A stretch of 64,000 nucleotides of DNA, taken from contig CAVTEM010000007.1 of NCBI GenBank assembly GCA_963733845.1, positions 420,763 to 484,762 on the forward strand, in the 5' to 3' direction. The notes beneath the pieces are model-generated. The model worked only from the letters and a program-made list of their open reading frames with translations. It was not told the origin of the DNA and ran no database searches. The position numbers and the translations under genes are program-made. Source of the DNA: an uncultured Actinomycetes bacterium. Its GTDB lineage: Bacteria; Actinomycetota; Thermoleophilia; Gaiellales; Gaiellaceae. Positions 62,488 through 64,000 of the stretch are shown in pieces (position 1 is the first letter of the stretch; every line of letters begins with the position of its first letter).

Positions 62488-62509
62488 CAAGTAACAGACT
62501 GTTACTTGC
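62488..62509. promoter_or_regulatory. Palindromic AT-rich site, copy 2 (putative operator)
   Basis: CAAGTAACAG-A-CTGTTACTTG has perfect 10-nt arms and is centred at 62498, 54 bp from copy 1. It contains the TAA stop (62502-62504) of the aminotransferase gene. Confidence 0.5.
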
Positions 62510-63623
62510 CCACGAGGCTCGCGTGCACCCGCCTCAGAGCTGCGACGGCGTCCGCGATGTCGTCGTCGGAGTGCGCCGGCGAGAGGGGCAGCGACAGGAC
62601 CTCGGCGCCCGCCCGCTCGGCCACCGGCAGCGGTGGGCCGTCGTAGCGCTCGCGGTAGGCGCTCAGGGTGTGCACCGGGAGGAAGTGGACGCTCGTGCCG
62701 ATCTGCTCCTCGGCGAGCAGGCGCTGGTAGTCGTCTCGCGTGCCGCCGGCGCGCTCCGGGTCGACGCGGACGACGTAGAGGTGGAGCGCGTGCGTGTCGC
62801 GCGGCTCGCGGGCGAGCGGCTCGATGCCGGGCAGCTCGGCGACGGCGGCGTCGTACGAGGCGAAGTGCCGCTCGCGGACGGTTCGGTGCACGGCCAGCTT
62901 GTCCAGCTGGACGAGCGCGATCGAGGCGAGCACGTCCGAGAGGTTCGCCTTGTAGCCGGGCACCGGGATGTCGTAGAGCGAGCCGTGGCCGCGGCGCATG
63001 ACGCGCAGGTCGTCGACGGCGGCGGCCACGTCGTCGCGGTTCGTGGCGACCAGCCCGCCCTCGCCGGCGGCGACGTTCTTCGTCGCGTACAGCGAGAAGC
63101 AGGTCGCGTCGGAGAGCCCGCCGAGCTTGCGCCCGCGATAGGCGGACTCGACGGCGTGGGCCGCGTCCTCCACGACCGGGAATCCGAGCTCCCAGAGCGG
63201 CTCGAGGTCACAGGGCTGGCCTGCGAGATGGACCGGGAGGATCGCCTTCGTCCGCGGCGTCACGGCCTCGCGCACCCGCGCGGGATCGAGGTTGAGATCG
63301 TCGTCGCGCACGTCGGCGAAGACGGGGCGCGCGCCCGTGTGGACGATCACGTTCGCCGTCGCCGGCCAGGTGATCGGCGTCGTCACCACCTCGTCGCCGG
63401 GCCCGACGCCGAGCGCGACGAGCGCGAGATGCAGCGCGGCGGTCCCCGACGACAGCGCGAGCACGTGCTTCGCCTCCAGGTACTCGGCGAACCGCTGCTC
63501 GAGCTCGCGCGCCTTCGGTCCGGTGGTCAGCCAGCCCGAGCGGATCGTCTCGGCGACTGCCGCGATCTCCTCCTCGCCGACCGCCGGCGGCTGGAAGCCC
63601 AGGAAGGTGTCCCGCCTAGCCAT
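62502..63623 (-). CDS. DegT/DnrJ/EryC1/StrS-family PLP-dependent sugar aminotransferase
   Basis: The ATG at 63623 opens MARRDTFLGFQPPAVGEEEIAAVAETIRSGWLTTGPKARELEQRFAEYLEAKHVLALSSGTAALHLAL. The gene continues ..ILPVHLAGQPCD..VVEDAAHAVES..GGLSDATCFSLYATKNVAAGEGGLV, which carries the catalytic Lys. Intact, about 373 aa. Confidence 0.9.
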   Translation of the reverse strand: MARRDTFLGFQPPAVGEEEIAAVAETIRSGWLTTGPKARELEQRFAEYLEAKHVLALSSGTAALHLALVALGVGPGDEVVTTPITWPATANVIVHTGARPVFADVRDDDLNLDPARVREAVTPRTKAILPVHLAGQPCDLEPLWELGFPVVEDAAHAVESAYRGRKLGGLSDATCFSLYATKNVAAGEGGLVATNRDDVAAAVDDLRVMRRGHGSLYDIPVPGYKANLSDVLASIALVQLDKLAVHRTVRERHFASYDAAVAELPGIEPLAREPRDTHALHLYVVRVDPERAGGTRDDYQRLLAEEQIGTSVHFLPVHTLSAYRERYDGPPLPVAERAGAEVLSLPLSPAHSDDDIADAVAALRRVHASLVGK

Positions 63624-64000
63624 CGACGGTGTCGAAGCGTATGCGCGAGGCCGCGTCCGCAGCGCTCGCCAGCGCCTCGTCTCGGCTCGGCCCGGAGACG
63701 AGCAGCGCGCCCGCGCGGTCCGGCCCGATGCGGAGCGGCCCGACCACGTCGCCCGCGCGCCTGTAGACACGCGCCCAGCGCACGCCCGGGACGGCCTCCG
63801 CGTCCTCGACGCCGCGAACGGCTGCCAGCTCGCCCTCCGGCGCGACGAGGAAGCGGACGCAGGCGCCGCCGACGCGAGGCTTCGCGCGAGGCGGCTCGAT
63901 CGTCCTCGCCGAGCGCGGCGGAGAGCGCGAGCTCGTTCAGGTCGACGCCGAGCGCTTCGGCGCACAGCTCGGCGTCGTGACCACCGCCGAGGCGGGCGGC
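63616..64000 (-). CDS. C-terminal part of a probable ATP-grasp-type enzyme (5' end outside window; at least one frame switch)
   Basis: The minus strand reads ..AELCAEALGVDLNELALSAALGE, then IEPPRAKPRVGGACVRFLVAPEGELAAVRGVEDAEAVPGVRWARVYRRAGDVVGPLRIGPDRAGALLVSGPSRDEALASAADAASRIRFDTVDG. The TAG at 63616-63618 overlaps the aminotransferase ATG region. Assignment comes from C-terminal pattern only. Confidence 0.45.

Noticed and set aside
62436-62509. The two palindromes read as Rho-independent terminators of the aminotransferase gene
   Set aside because: The arms are separated by a single nucleotide, so no viable RNA loop can form. There is no U-tract, and the element is duplicated at helical-repeat spacing. 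Protein-binding sites are the better reading.

Overview
Very high-GC bacterial chromosomal segment, more than 70% G+C by eye. The Arg/Ala-rich proteome and an Ig-like repeat surface protein suggest Actinomycetota, which is inference only. I can support about 60 protein-coding genes and a few non-coding elements. I saw no rRNA, tRNA, CRISPR array, transposase, integrase or phage genes. Almost every gene belongs to cell-surface glycan biosynthesis. (1) Nucleotide-sugar enzymes: a GDP-mannose 3,5-epimerase-like enzyme, two GDP-mannose 4,6-dehydratase paralogues, a nucleotide-sugar dehydrogenase, UDP-glucuronate decarboxylase, two more SDR epimerase/reductases, a DegT-type aminotransferase, an AsnB-like amidotransferase, two ATP-grasp ligases and a split transketolase. 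(2) Decoration enzymes: nine SAM-dependent methyltransferases and a sulfotransferase-like gene coupled to a TIGR03032/DUF4915-like gene. (3) Assembly: about seven GT2 and six GT4 glycosyltransferases, and two initiating phosphoglycosyl transferases. (4) Membrane and export: four large polytopic GT-C-like or unknown membrane proteins, a MurJ/Wzx-like flippase, two flippase-like (LPG_synthase_TM-type) proteins, an O-antigen-ligase/polymerase-like protein, a Wzz-like co-polymerase, a secreted clan-A glycoside hydrolase and two PQQ-like beta-propeller envelope proteins. A small redox/regulatory island (34028-37585) interrupts the glycan genes; it holds a GMC flavoprotein, a Tat small subunit, a cupredoxin and an XRE-cupin regulator. 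Four points stand out. (a) The sequence as given has many frame disruptions, clustered in patches, so many genes only read through when pieces from two or three frames are joined; coordinates of those genes are approximate. (b) CTGA stop/start overlaps recur and imply CTG initiation. (c) A duplicated 20-nt AT-rich palindromic site sits at the head of an 11-gene minus-strand gene string. (d) Several gene combinations are unusual: split transketolase, DUF4915-like plus sulfotransferase, propeller lipoproteins, and a HAD-UXS in-frame fusion. All family assignments come from motif recognition by eye; no searches were run.
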